Shown here in pieces: positions 9,518-19,354 of a stretch of 64,000 nucleotides of DNA. Each line of letters opens with the position of its first letter. Position 1 is the first letter of the stretch. Source of the stretch: Frankiaceae bacterium. Its GTDB lineage: Bacteria; Actinomycetota; Actinomycetes; JAFAQI01. The notes under the pieces were generated by a model that saw only the letters and a list, made by a program, of their open reading frames with translations, ran no database searches and was not told the origin of the DNA. The stretch spans positions 9,233 through 73,232 of the forward strand of contig JAFAZI010000031.1 in the NCBI GenBank assembly GCA_019239875.1, given 5' to 3'. A program made the translations under genes and the position numbers.

Positions 9518-12500
9518 GTGACGGTCAGCTCTGCGTCTCCCACCATCCGAATTGTCTCGATAAGCGCCGCCGCGCTGGTTGTCGGCGGCCTGCTTGCCGG
9601 CCCTGTGGCGGCGGCATCGAGCCAGGGAAGGACGCCCTACGCCCGCATCGGCAAGGCGCCACGGGTTCCGTCGAGCGCGCACTACGCCGGGCGGACGGCA
9701 TCAAGCCAGCGGGTTTCCGGGTCGGTCGCGCTCAAGGCGCGGAACCCTGAGGCGCTGCGCCGTGAGGCGACCGCCGTGTCGAACCCGCGCTCGGCCAGCT
9801 TTCATCGGTTCTTGGCGAAGGGCGCCTTCGCGGCCAAGTACGGTCCGACCGCCGCTACCATCGCGGCGGTCGAGGACTCGCTGCGTTCTGCCGACCTGAA
9901 GGTCACATCGGTGTCGGCCAACCACCTTTTCGTGCACTTCAGCGGCACCGTGAAGCAGGCCGAGACTGCATTCCGCACCCACCTTGCGAACTACCGGATG
10001 CGGGACGGGCGGACGGCGATGGCGCCGTCGACGCCGGTCTCAATGCCAGCATCGGTGTCGAGCCAGGTGCTCAGCGTCGTCGGCCTCGACACCGTGCTGC
10101 AACCGACCAGCAGTGTCGAGCGAGGTAGCAAGCAGGGGACGAGCGCGCCCCGGCGGCCGAACATTGCCCACTACGCAGGCGCACCCAAACCGTGCCGGGC
10201 CGCGACGCAGGCCGCCAATCTCTTCGGCGGGCTGACCGACGACCAGATCGCGCACGCGTACGGCGTCGACGGTCTCTACAAGAACCACAACACGGGCTCG
10301 GGTCAGACCGTCGCGATCTACGAGCTCGAGCCGTTCTCCCAGACCGACCTCCACAAGTTCAACAAGTGCTACTACGGCAAGACCGCAGCCGATGAGATGG
10401 CCAACCGGCTCGAGGTCGTCAAGGTCGACGGTGGTGCCGGTACCGGCGCCGGCAGCGGCGAGTCGATCCTCGACATCGACGACGTCTCCGGCCTCGCGCC
10501 GGGCGCGAACATCAAGGTCTACGAAGCGCCGAACTCCACGGTCGGCGCGATGGACGAGACCAACCAGATCGTGCAGGACGACACCGCGCAGCAGGTGACG
10601 ACCAGCTGGGGTTTCTGTGAGCTCGACGAGGTGAACCTCGAGCCCGGCTACATCAACGTGGGCAACCAGCTCTACGAGCAGGCGGCGCTGCAAGGCCAGA
10701 CCTGGTTCGCTTCCTCGGGTGATGCAGGCTCCGACTCGTGCGCCTACCAGTCGGCCACGCCATCGGATCCGCAGCTGTCGACCGGCGATCCCGGGACCCA
10801 GCCCTTCGTCGTCGGCGTGGGCGGTACGACGATCACCAACGCCGCGAACTCGCCGACCGAACAGGTCTGGAACGACGGCAACGCGGGCGGTGGCGCGGGC
10901 GGTGGCGTGTCCGCCGTGTGGAGTGCCCCCAGCTGGCAGGTGAAGTTCAACAACAAGGCCGTGGCGGCCGACGCCGTCGCGGAGGGCGGGCTGGACCCGT
11001 GCCCGCAGTCGCCGACGACCGCGGCGCTGTGCCGGGAGACGCCCGACGTGTCACTGCAGGCTGACGAGTACACGGGTGCGATCACCGTTTACATCGGGCA
11101 GTACGGCGGGTGGAACACCTTCGGCGGCACGTCGAGCTCGGCGCCGCTGTGGGCGGCGATCCTCGCCGACATCAATGCCTCCACCAGCTGCCAGGCCTCC
11201 GGCGGCCTGGGGTTCGTCGCACCGGAGCTCTACGCGGTGGCATCGGTGCCGCATGACCGCAAGGCGTCGTTCAACGACGTGACGGTCGGCAACAACGACG
11301 TGTACGACCTGTTCAACGGCAAGTTCTTCGCCGCCCACCCGGGCTATGACATGGCCTCGGGTCTGGGCACGCCGAAGGTCACCGGCGCGAAGGGAAAGGC
11401 CGGGCTGGCGTCGTACCTTTGCGCACTGTCCTCGCCGAACGCGCCGCAGCGACCGACGATCTCGGGCTTGAGCCCGGACACCGTCCCGACTGTGCCGGTC
11501 GGCTCGTTGACGATCACCGGCGCCGATCTCCTCGATGCCACTGCGGTGTCGATCGGCGGCTACCCGGTGCCGGCCGCTAACTGGTCGGCGACGAACGACA
11601 CGCACATCATCGTGTCCACGGTCCCGACCGCGGCGCAGGCGGGTAACGGCGGCGGCGGTCCGCAGGACGGCACCGGGCGCGCCATCGTCAGCGTCACGAC
11701 GGCCGACGGCCAGACAACGCTGGTCACACCGAACGCCACGTTGATGTACGTCGACGGCACGGCCGCCTCACCGGTGCCGGCCGTGACCGGTGTCAGCGCC
11801 TTCGGTGGTTCGAAGGCGGGTGGCAACATCGTGACCGTCTTCGGGTCGGGCTTCACCGACATCGGACCGAACCAGATCACCGGCATCACCGTCGGCAACG
11901 TCGCGGTCGCCAGCTTCGACGTCGTCAGCCCCACCGAGCTCACGATGACGATCCCCGCGTACGACGGCGGCGCCACGGTCTGCAAGCCGGGGACGAATCC
12001 CGCGACCGACGTCTGCCAGACGCAGGTGGTCGTGTCCAACGCAAACGGCGACAGCGACAAGGCGGTGATCGCTCATCCGTATGAGGGTGAGCCCTTCCTG
12101 GGCGCGAGCGGCGGGACCCCGTTGCCGGATTGCGTCGTCGATCACACCTGCGAGATCGTGCCGGCATCGACCGAGTACGACTATTTCGCCGACCCGACGA
12201 TCACCTCGGTCACGACGACCTCCGACGGCGCGTCGCCGGTCTGGGTCAGCGAGCAGGGTGACACGCTCGCGACCGTCGACGGCAAGGGCTTCGACTCGCT
12301 CGGACTGGAGTACGCCGTCATCGGCGATCCGAACAACGCCAACAACCTGGACTACGACATCGTCGACATCACGCCGACAGAGATCCAGCTGATCATCAAC
12401 GGTCACGCACCCACGCGGCAGCCGGTGGTCAAGGCGTTGACCGTGCAGACTCTCGCTGGCCTGTCGAACCCCTCGCCGATCTCCTACGCCGGTATCCCGA

Positions 12501-13432
12501 AGGTGACGAGCGTCGCGCCGCCGTACGTGCGCGACAGCGGCGGCGATCACATCACGATCACCGGCAAGGCGTTCCAGGGCATCGCGGCCAAGGATGGTGG
12601 CGAGCTCATGTACCAGTACGTCCAGGCGGACGCTGCGACAGAGCAGCTGTCGGGCTACACCGCGACGAGTGACACCTCGATCTCGGCGACGACGCCGGCA
12701 AGCAACCCGGGGACCTTTGTCGTCGCGGTCTGCACGATCACGTTCTGTTCCGAGCCACAGAGCTTCAAGTCCTTCGAGAACTCGCTGCTCGACTTCTACG
12801 AGCCGGGCGACCCCGTGGTCACCTCCATCAGCAAGCAGGTCGGCCCGGCATCGGGCGGTACGAAGGTCGTGATTCGCGGGACCGGCCTGTCGGACGCAGT
12901 CGAGGTCGACTTCGGCAAGACGCCGGCGGTACGGCCGCACAACGGCTATCAGATCCTGACCAACGGCAGCAGCACGAAGGTGATCGCGCACTCGCCACCG
13001 GGCACCGCAGGCAAGACGGTGCACGTCACCGTGACGACCGCCGAGAGCATTGCCGAAGGCGCACCGAGTGCGAAGACAAAGGCGACGAAGTTCCACTACG
13101 TCGCAAGTCCGCCGTCGCCGCCACAGGCCATCCAGGCGAAGCCGCATCACACGTCGCTGCACGTGACCTGGAAGGCGCCGGCCTCAGACGGTGGTCACCC
13201 GATCACCGGCTACCGGGTCTCCGCGGTCGCGGTACCGAACAGCTTCAAGCGGCACGCGAAGAAGCCGAAGCCCGTCGTCGTCGACACGAAGAACGGCAAC
13301 GCGCGCTCGGCGACCGCCAAGGGGCTGCGTGGCGGCTGGACGTACTTCGTCAAGGTCCAGGCGATCAACAGTCTCGGCCGCGGGCTCGTCGGCGAGTCAT
13401 CGCGCTTCTACGCGATTCATCAGGCGCCCTAA
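9518..13432 (+). CDS. secreted S53 family serine peptidase (sedolisin/kumamolisin-like) with IPT/TIG repeats and a C-terminal fibronectin type III domain
   Basis: It has a signal peptide and a pro-kumamolisin activation domain. The sedolisin catalytic motifs are present: GESILDIDDV (Glu/Asp), SSGDAGS (oxyanion Asp) and GGTSSSAPLWAAI (Ser). About five IPT/TIG-like beta-sandwich repeats and a terminal FN3 follow. An AGAGG RBS precedes ATG 9518. Confidence 0.85.
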   Translation: MTVSSASPTIRIVSISAAALVVGGLLAGPVAAASSQGRTPYARIGKAPRVPSSAHYAGRTASSQRVSGSVALKARNPEALRREATAVSNPRSASFHRFLAKGAFAAKYGPTAATIAAVEDSLRSADLKVTSVSANHLFVHFSGTVKQAETAFRTHLANYRMRDGRTAMAPSTPVSMPASVSSQVLSVVGLDTVLQPTSSVERGSKQGTSAPRRPNIAHYAGAPKPCRAATQAANLFGGLTDDQIAHAYGVDGLYKNHNTGSGQTVAIYELEPFSQTDLHKFNKCYYGKTAADEMANRLEVVKVDGGAGTGAGSGESILDIDDVSGLAPGANIKVYEAPNSTVGAMDETNQIVQDDTAQQVTTSWGFCELDEVNLEPGYINVGNQLYEQAALQGQTWFASSGDAGSDSCAYQSATPSDPQLSTGDPGTQPFVVGVGGTTITNAANSPTEQVWNDGNAGGGAGGGVSAVWSAPSWQVKFNNKAVAADAVAEGGLDPCPQSPTTAALCRETPDVSLQADEYTGAITVYIGQYGGWNTFGGTSSSAPLWAAILADINASTSCQASGGLGFVAPELYAVASVPHDRKASFNDVTVGNNDVYDLFNGKFFAAHPGYDMASGLGTPKVTGAKGKAGLASYLCALSSPNAPQRPTISGLSPDTVPTVPVGSLTITGADLLDATAVSIGGYPVPAANWSATNDTHIIVSTVPTAAQAGNGGGGPQDGTGRAIVSVTTADGQTTLVTPNATLMYVDGTAASPVPAVTGVSAFGGSKAGGNIVTVFGSGFTDIGPNQITGITVGNVAVASFDVVSPTELTMTIPAYDGGATVCKPGTNPATDVCQTQVVVSNANGDSDKAVIAHPYEGEPFLGASGGTPLPDCVVDHTCEIVPASTEYDYFADPTITSVTTTSDGASPVWVSEQGDTLATVDGKGFDSLGLEYAVIGDPNNANNLDYDIVDITPTEIQLIINGHAPTRQPVVKALTVQTLAGLSNPSPISYAGIPKVTSVAPPYVRDSGGDHITITGKAFQGIAAKDGGELMYQYVQADAATEQLSGYTATSDTSISATTPASNPGTFVVAVCTITFCSEPQSFKSFENSLLDFYEPGDPVVTSISKQVGPASGGTKVVIRGTGLSDAVEVDFGKTPAVRPHNGYQILTNGSSTKVIAHSPPGTAGKTVHVTVTTAESIAEGAPSAKTKATKFHYVASPPSPPQAIQAKPHHTSLHVTWKAPASDGGHPITGYRVSAVAVPNSFKRHAKKPKPVVVDTKNGNARSATAKGLRGGWTYFVKVQAINSLGRGLVGESSRFYAIHQAP

Positions 13433-13461
13433 CCGCGAGAGATCGCTCGTAGGGTCGAGGG

Positions 13462-16449
13462 GTGCGAGTCGACGTCCTCGGCCCAGTCGCGCTCAGCGAC
13501 GCCGACGGACGAGTCCTGCCGGTCGGCGGTCCGCGGCAGCAGGCGGTGCTCGGCGTGCTCGGCCTGCTCGCGGGTACGCCGGTGCCCCTCGATGCGCTGA
13601 TCGACGCCGTCTGGGCCGGCGCACCACCTCGAACTGCAGAGCACACGCTCCACAACTATGTGCTGCGACTGCGGCGAGCAGGTGTCGCCATCACGCGCGT
13701 CGGGGACGCATACCGACTGGACACGCCGACTGATGCGCAAGTGATGGACGATGCACGTTCGAGCGGAGTTTCGGTCGGCGACGCGCTTGCGTTGGTGCGT
13801 GGCGAACCGGGGCGGGGACTCCCGGACCATGATCTGATCCGGTCGCGTTGCGCCGGGCTGATGGAGACCATCGACTCGCTTCGTGAAGACGCTGCCGCGG
13901 CAGCGTTGGAGGCCGCTGACTCGTCGGCCGCGGCAGGCCGACTGGTCAGTGAGCTACGGAGCCTTGCCACGGCCGCGCCGTATCGGGAACGTCGGTGGGA
14001 GCTGCTGATGCTCGCGCTGTATCGGGCTGGTCGGCAAAGCGATGCCTTGGATGCGTTCGCCCAGGCACGCGCCCTGCTCGCGGACGAGCTCGGGATCGAA
14101 CCGTCGCCCAGCCTCCGCCGGGTGCAACAGGCGGTGCTGTCACAGGATCCCGCGCTCGGTGGCGAAGCCGCCCTAGGCAGGGCTGCAGCGCCGGCCGGTG
14201 CCGGTGGTTGGTCGCTGCCGGGGGTCGCGACCCGTCTGGTGGGGCGGGAGCAAGAACTGCGCACCCTGCATGGCGCGCTGGCGGCGTCACGGCTGGTCAC
14301 CCTCGTCGGACCCATGGGGTCGGGCAAGACCAGGCTCGCGCTCGAGGTCGCGCACGATCAGGCGAGCGAAGTCTGGTTCGTCTCCGTCGAGGGCCTTGCG
14401 GCGCCGACCACGGTCACTGACGCGGTGCTCGCCGTCGTGGCCCCGACCTCGCGGGCCGGCGACGTCACCGCCGGCCTGCTCGCGGCGCTGGCCGCGAGCG
14501 ACGGCCTGCTCGTCCTCGACGGTGCAGAGCAACGGGTGGGTGAGCTGCTCGAGCTCGTCGCCCGGCTGCTTGCCGGATGCCCGAAGCTTCGGCTGCTGGT
14601 CACGTCGCGCCATGCGCTAGGTGCCCGCGACGAGGCAGCGGTGCCGATCGGCTCGCTGTCTGCCCTCGACCGGCGATCTCTCCTGGTTGATCGCGCGCGC
14701 CTGGCCGAGCCGTCGTTCGACCTCACCGTCGCAGATCTTCCCGCTGCGGATCGGCTCTGCGAGCTGCTCGACGGTCTGCCGCTAGGGATTGAGCTGGTCG
14801 CGCGGCACTTGCGGTTCCTCTCAGTGGCGGAGCTCGCGGATCGGGTGGACGCCGACCTCGACCGATGGACCGCTGTGGCCGGTGGAAGCGGCGGCCTGAT
14901 CGGCGCCGTCGCGGCGGAGGTGGCGGCCTTGGCGGCCGACGAGCAGACCCTGCTCACCTGCCTGTCGGTCCTGTCGGCCGGGGCCGATCTCGCGCTGATC
15001 CAGCAAGTAGCCGCGCCGAGCGCGGCAGACGACTGGGTGTTCGACGCGCTGGCCTCCCTGGCTGACCGCAGTCTGGTGCAGCTGCGTGGCGGTCCAGCGG
15101 GCGTGCGCTACGCCGTACTCCTCTCGGTTCGCCGTTTCCTGCTCGGCTTGATCGACGAAGCGGAGCGCCAGCGCATCGAGCGGCGATATGTGACCGCCGT
15201 CCTTAGTCGCTGCGAGCGACTGGCGGCGGAACTGAAGTCGGCCAACCGCTCGGCGGTGTTGACGGCGCTCGACGCCGACGCACCACATCTACGGGCGGCG
15301 CTCGCCGCGGGACTCGACGCCGATCCGGCGGCTGCCCTTCGCGCCGCGACCGGTCTCGCGGACTACTGGCTGGCGCGGCGGCCGGCGGAGGGTCTGGCCT
15401 GGCTGCAGCGGCTGCTGGCCGTCGCGCCGGTCTCCGGCGCGGCGCGCGCCGAGGTCTTGCTTCAGATGGGGCACTTCGCCTACTGGCTGACGGAGTTCGA
15501 CCTGGGCACCAAGTTGTTGGCCGAGGCTCGCGAGCTGCTGTCCGCGGCCACAGAGCCGGTCCTCCTCGGACGTGTCCTTCGGCGGATGGGTGCGATCGCG
15601 GCCGCCAGCGACGATGTCGCTCGTGCGAACCTCCTCCTCTCCGAGTCCGCAGCTGTCCTTGCAGCATCGGGTGCCGAGGTCGAGGAGGCGGTGTCGTTGC
15701 TCCACCTCGGGTCGCTGCTCGCGGACGAGAACCGTCCGGCGGAGGCGCTGCCGCTCCTGGCTCGTGCCCGGGACGCTTTGCGAACGGCCGGCGATCCGCT
15801 GCAGGAGGCTCATGCGCTCGGCGCTCTCACGTTGGCGTGGTGGAAGGCTGGAGACCTTCTGGCGGCCAAGGGTGCGGGCGATCGTGCACTCGAGCGATTC
15901 AGATCCCTCGGCCACCGCCCGAGTGAAGGAGTGGTCGCCTACCGCCTCGCCTCGGTCACCCGTGCGCTCGGTGACTTGCCCGGTTCGCGAGAGTACGTCG
16001 ACATCGCGCTGGAGTCGGGTCGTGAGACCGGCACTCGCACCACGCTGGCTCTGGCGCAGCTCGCCGCGGCTCGACTTGATCTCGATGCCGGCGAACTCGG
16101 GCAGGCGGCGACAGCCGTCAAGGCCGCTCTCGCGAGCCTCGACGTGACGACCGACCGGTGGGTGCTCGTCGAAGGTCTCGAGGTCGCCGGCCGGCTCGAG
16201 GCGATGCGGGGGCGATCGGCGGCTCGTCTGCTGGACCGGGCCGCCGAGCTGCGCGAGGAGATCGGACAGCCCGCCCCGCCGCCGGACGCCGACGAGATCG
16301 CGAAGCTCCGATCGGGGTTGGCGCCGGGCGAAGCTGCGACAACGAGTGCGCCGGATGTGAGCGACACGGCGGCACTGAGGGCTTGGGCACTCGACGTCTG
16401 CTCGGCAGCCGGGCCTGGTGACGCCCGGTCCCCGGCTCCGGTCGGGTGA
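13462..16449 (+). CDS. AfsR/SARP family transcriptional regulator (OmpR-type wHTH + BTAD + NB-ARC/STAND ATPase + TPR)
   Basis: N-terminal SARP wHTH/BTAD (LGPVALSD...WELLMLALYRAGRQSDALDAFAQARALLADELGIEPSP). Walker A LVGPMGSGKTRL, with C-terminal TPR-like helical repeats. GTG start with a GAGG RBS, 29 bp after the peptidase gene. Confidence 0.85.
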   Translation: MRVDVLGPVALSDADGRVLPVGGPRQQAVLGVLGLLAGTPVPLDALIDAVWAGAPPRTAEHTLHNYVLRLRRAGVAITRVGDAYRLDTPTDAQVMDDARSSGVSVGDALALVRGEPGRGLPDHDLIRSRCAGLMETIDSLREDAAAAALEAADSSAAAGRLVSELRSLATAAPYRERRWELLMLALYRAGRQSDALDAFAQARALLADELGIEPSPSLRRVQQAVLSQDPALGGEAALGRAAAPAGAGGWSLPGVATRLVGREQELRTLHGALAASRLVTLVGPMGSGKTRLALEVAHDQASEVWFVSVEGLAAPTTVTDAVLAVVAPTSRAGDVTAGLLAALAASDGLLVLDGAEQRVGELLELVARLLAGCPKLRLLVTSRHALGARDEAAVPIGSLSALDRRSLLVDRARLAEPSFDLTVADLPAADRLCELLDGLPLGIELVARHLRFLSVAELADRVDADLDRWTAVAGGSGGLIGAVAAEVAALAADEQTLLTCLSVLSAGADLALIQQVAAPSAADDWVFDALASLADRSLVQLRGGPAGVRYAVLLSVRRFLLGLIDEAERQRIERRYVTAVLSRCERLAAELKSANRSAVLTALDADAPHLRAALAAGLDADPAAALRAATGLADYWLARRPAEGLAWLQRLLAVAPVSGAARAEVLLQMGHFAYWLTEFDLGTKLLAEARELLSAATEPVLLGRVLRRMGAIAAASDDVARANLLLSESAAVLAASGAEVEEAVSLLHLGSLLADENRPAEALPLLARARDALRTAGDPLQEAHALGALTLAWWKAGDLLAAKGAGDRALERFRSLGHRPSEGVVAYRLASVTRALGDLPGSREYVDIALESGRETGTRTTLALAQLAAARLDLDAGELGQAATAVKAALASLDVTTDRWVLVEGLEVAGRLEAMRGRSAARLLDRAAELREEIGQPAPPPDADEIAKLRSGLAPGEAATTSAPDVSDTAALRAWALDVCSAAGPGDARSPAPVG

Positions 16450-16530
16450 GGCGCGACTGCGTTGCGACCAGGTTGCGACTGATGTCGACGAGCATCGGCG
16501 TCGATACGACACCGGCTCGGAGGTCTTCGC

Positions 16531-17982
16531 ATGCGTACATCACGTTCTCTGCTCAGCGCGGGTGTTGTTGCCTCGGCACTGACCCTTGTCGGCTCGGGGG
16601 CGCACGCTGCCGGAAAGGGTCCCAGACCGGGTCTCGACGGGCCACGGATCACCCTCGCCCGCCACATCGACATGACGGCAGGTGACTCCGATCTGGTCAT
16701 GTCGGCCAACGGCACGGCATATGCAGGATGGCTCGGGTCCCCACCGGGAAGCACCACTCGGGTGGTGTATGCGTGCGTCCTGCCGCCCGGCGCGAAGGGC
16801 TGCAAGGGCGGGGTCCAGTCCACCAGTGCGGTCGCCGGCGCGACGGCGAGCGATCTGCACATGGTCATGCGCAACGGCACGCCGACGTTGCTCTGGCGGC
16901 ACGACACCGAGTCCAGCGGGGCGATCGCGGCCGCCATCATTAACCCGGCAGGCGTCCTCTCCGACAGTGCAGACGTCGCCGCCGGTCCGCGAAACGGCCG
17001 GTTGCTGGACGCGGTCGTCGGTCCCGGCAATGCCATCTGGACGATCACGTATCAGTCGGGTCTGCCACAGCACATCGAGCTGCACGCCGGCCTGACAGCA
17101 GTCGGCACGTCGATCGACACGCCGTGGCCGGTCGGCTACGCGCAGCTGGCATTCGCGGCCGGCAAGCCGGTCGTTGTCGCCACTGACTACGGCGCGATCG
17201 GCACGCCGCCGGCATACTCCACCAGTAAGGGCAACGGCTACACCGCGTTCAAGCCCGTGAAGCACACGTGGGCGGCGGGCGTGAACGTCGGATTGACAAC
17301 TACGTCGTCAGGCCTGCGGTTGACGGCCGCGATCGACAACGCGAACTACTGGCCGGTGGTCGCGAAGTGGAACGGTCACGGCTTCAGCCACCCGACGCCG
17401 ACAGGTGACCGAAGCTCATGTCCGCGTGGCGGACACGACACCTCGACGGAGGCGAGCGGACGGCTCATCGACGTCGCCAACCTCTGCGGCAAGATCACGG
17501 TCTCGAGCGCCGCGAACACCACGCGTGCCGCCCTGATCCGATTCAGCGCCGGTGGCACCGTCGCTGGAAACCGGCCGCAGATCGTCAGCTCGCCGCGCGG
17601 GCATGCCTGGGTCATGTGGGGGATCGAGGACTCGGCAGCCGGGGGCAACGGTGATCAGCTCTTCGTCGCACCAGTGCTGCTGCCGGACACCCATTCCGGC
17701 AAGAAGGCGCACGGCAAGCACGGGACCGTCTCGGTACAGGGGCCGACATCCTGTCTGCCGGCGGACCGGATCTCGGTGCGCATCAAGGCGAACCCCGATC
17801 GCGGCTGGAAGGTGGCCTCGAAGGAGCTCGAGCTCGCGGGCAAGAAGGTTCACCGATCGATCAACGGAGCGTCTCTCAAGCCCGGGAAGAAGTACGCGCT
17901 GATCGGCACCGCGGTGTTCCGCCACCACGGTCACGAGAAGGTGCATGCGAAGCTGAAGTTCCGGAGCTGCCCGAACCCGTAG
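16531..17982 (+). CDS. secreted hypothetical protein
   Basis: 483 aa with a signal peptide (ALTLVGSGAHAAG) and a Lys/His-rich C-terminus. I recognise no domain. Confidence 0.55.
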   Translation: MRTSRSLLSAGVVASALTLVGSGAHAAGKGPRPGLDGPRITLARHIDMTAGDSDLVMSANGTAYAGWLGSPPGSTTRVVYACVLPPGAKGCKGGVQSTSAVAGATASDLHMVMRNGTPTLLWRHDTESSGAIAAAIINPAGVLSDSADVAAGPRNGRLLDAVVGPGNAIWTITYQSGLPQHIELHAGLTAVGTSIDTPWPVGYAQLAFAAGKPVVVATDYGAIGTPPAYSTSKGNGYTAFKPVKHTWAAGVNVGLTTTSSGLRLTAAIDNANYWPVVAKWNGHGFSHPTPTGDRSSCPRGGHDTSTEASGRLIDVANLCGKITVSSAANTTRAALIRFSAGGTVAGNRPQIVSSPRGHAWVMWGIEDSAAGGNGDQLFVAPVLLPDTHSGKKAHGKHGTVSVQGPTSCLPADRISVRIKANPDRGWKVASKELELAGKKVHRSINGASLKPGKKYALIGTAVFRHHGHEKVHAKLKFRSCPNP

Positions 17983-17991
17983 TCTCGCTGC

Positions 17992-18891
17992 GTGATCTCG
18001 GAGCTCTTCGACCCCGGCGCCTGGACTCAGGTGCCGGGGTTCGACTTCGCGGACATCACGTATCACCGGGCCAACGACTCCGGGACGGTGCGGGTCGCAT
18101 TCAACCGGCCAGAGGTCCGCAACGCGTTCCGCCCGGGCACCGTCGACGAGCTGTTCACCGCGCTCGACCATGCCCGGGGACTCTCGGATGTCGGCTGCGT
18201 CCTGATCACCGGGAACGGGCCGTCAGCGAAGGACGGCGGCTGGGCGTTCTGCTCCGGTGGTGACCAACGGATTCGCGGCCGCGACGGCTATCGGTACGCC
18301 GAAGGCGACACCGCGGAGTCGATCGATCCGGCGCGGGCCGGGCGCCTGCACATCCTCGAGGTGCAGCGGCTGATCCGCTTCATGCCGAAGGTGGTCATCG
18401 CTGTGGTTCCTGGGTGGGCGGCCGGTGGCGGGCACAGCCTGCACGTCGTCTGCGACCTCACGATCGCGAGCCGCGAGCACGCCCGGTTCAAGCAGACCGA
18501 TGCCAAGGTCGCCAGCTTCGACGGCGGCTTCGGCTCGGCATACCTCGCCCGCCAGGTGGGGCAGAAGTTCGCGCGAGAGATCTTCTTCCTCGGCGACGAG
18601 TACGACGCCGACGCGGCGTACCGGATGGGCATGGTCAACACGGTGGTCGATCACGCCGACCTCGAGAGCACCGCACTCGAGTGGGCCGGGAAGGTGAACG
18701 CCATGAGCCCGATGGCGATCCGGATGCTGAAGTACTCGTTCAACCTGATCGATGACGGTCTGGTCGGCCAGCAGCTGTTCGCCGGCGAGGCGACTCGGCT
18801 CGGGTACATGACAGACGAGGCCGCCGAAGGGCGCGACGCGTTCCTCGAACGCCGTGACCCGGACTGGAGCGGTTACCCCTACTACTTCTGA
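17992..18891 (+). CDS. menB: 1,4-dihydroxy-2-naphthoyl-CoA synthase
   Basis: Crotonase fold with MenB-specific features (GNGPSAKDGGWAFCSGGDQRIRG...SGYPYYF C-terminus). Confidence 0.85.
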   Translation: MISELFDPGAWTQVPGFDFADITYHRANDSGTVRVAFNRPEVRNAFRPGTVDELFTALDHARGLSDVGCVLITGNGPSAKDGGWAFCSGGDQRIRGRDGYRYAEGDTAESIDPARAGRLHILEVQRLIRFMPKVVIAVVPGWAAGGGHSLHVVCDLTIASREHARFKQTDAKVASFDGGFGSAYLARQVGQKFAREIFFLGDEYDADAAYRMGMVNTVVDHADLESTALEWAGKVNAMSPMAIRMLKYSFNLIDDGLVGQQLFAGEATRLGYMTDEAAEGRDAFLERRDPDWSGYPYYF

Positions 18892-19343
18892 GCGGTGACG
18901 AGCTCTTCGATCCGCTCGAGCGTCTTCGTCATGTTCTCGATCGTCTTCTCCCGGGCCGGCCGGACGATCGCCTTGATGACTTCCTCCGAGATGTCCCAGG
19001 TCTCGCGCACCCGCGTGCCGCCGTCGACCGGCTCGAGCTCGTAGCGCCAGATCCGGCCGCCGGCCAGACGCTTGCCGATCGCGGGCCGACTCTGCCAGGC
19101 GATCCGCCGGTTCGGCTCGAACTCGATCACGGTGCTGACCATCGAGTACGGGATGCCGAGGCGCATGTTCATGCCGAACGTCGAGCCGAGCTCGAGCTGT
19201 GACGGCACCGCTTTGGCGGCGCGAACCGTGCCGCTGCCATCGATGTCGCGGTGCCGGTTCGGGTCCGCGATGAGAGCGAAGATCGCTTCGGGAGGCGCGG
19301 GGATGACGCGCTCGACCGATGCCGAGTCGGAGGTGTCTGCCAT
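18882..19343 (-). CDS. SRPBCC family protein (polyketide cyclase/dehydrase-like, START fold)
   Basis: 153-aa ORF with a Bet v1-like pattern. It is convergent with menB, with a 10-bp 3' overlap. Confidence 0.65.
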   Translation of the reverse strand: MADTSDSASVERVIPAPPEAIFALIADPNRHRDIDGSGTVRAAKAVPSQLELGSTFGMNMRLGIPYSMVSTVIEFEPNRRIAWQSRPAIGKRLAGGRIWRYELEPVDGGTRVRETWDISEEVIKAIVRPAREKTIENMTKTLERIEELVTAQK

Positions 19344-19354
19344 GGCGCCGAACG

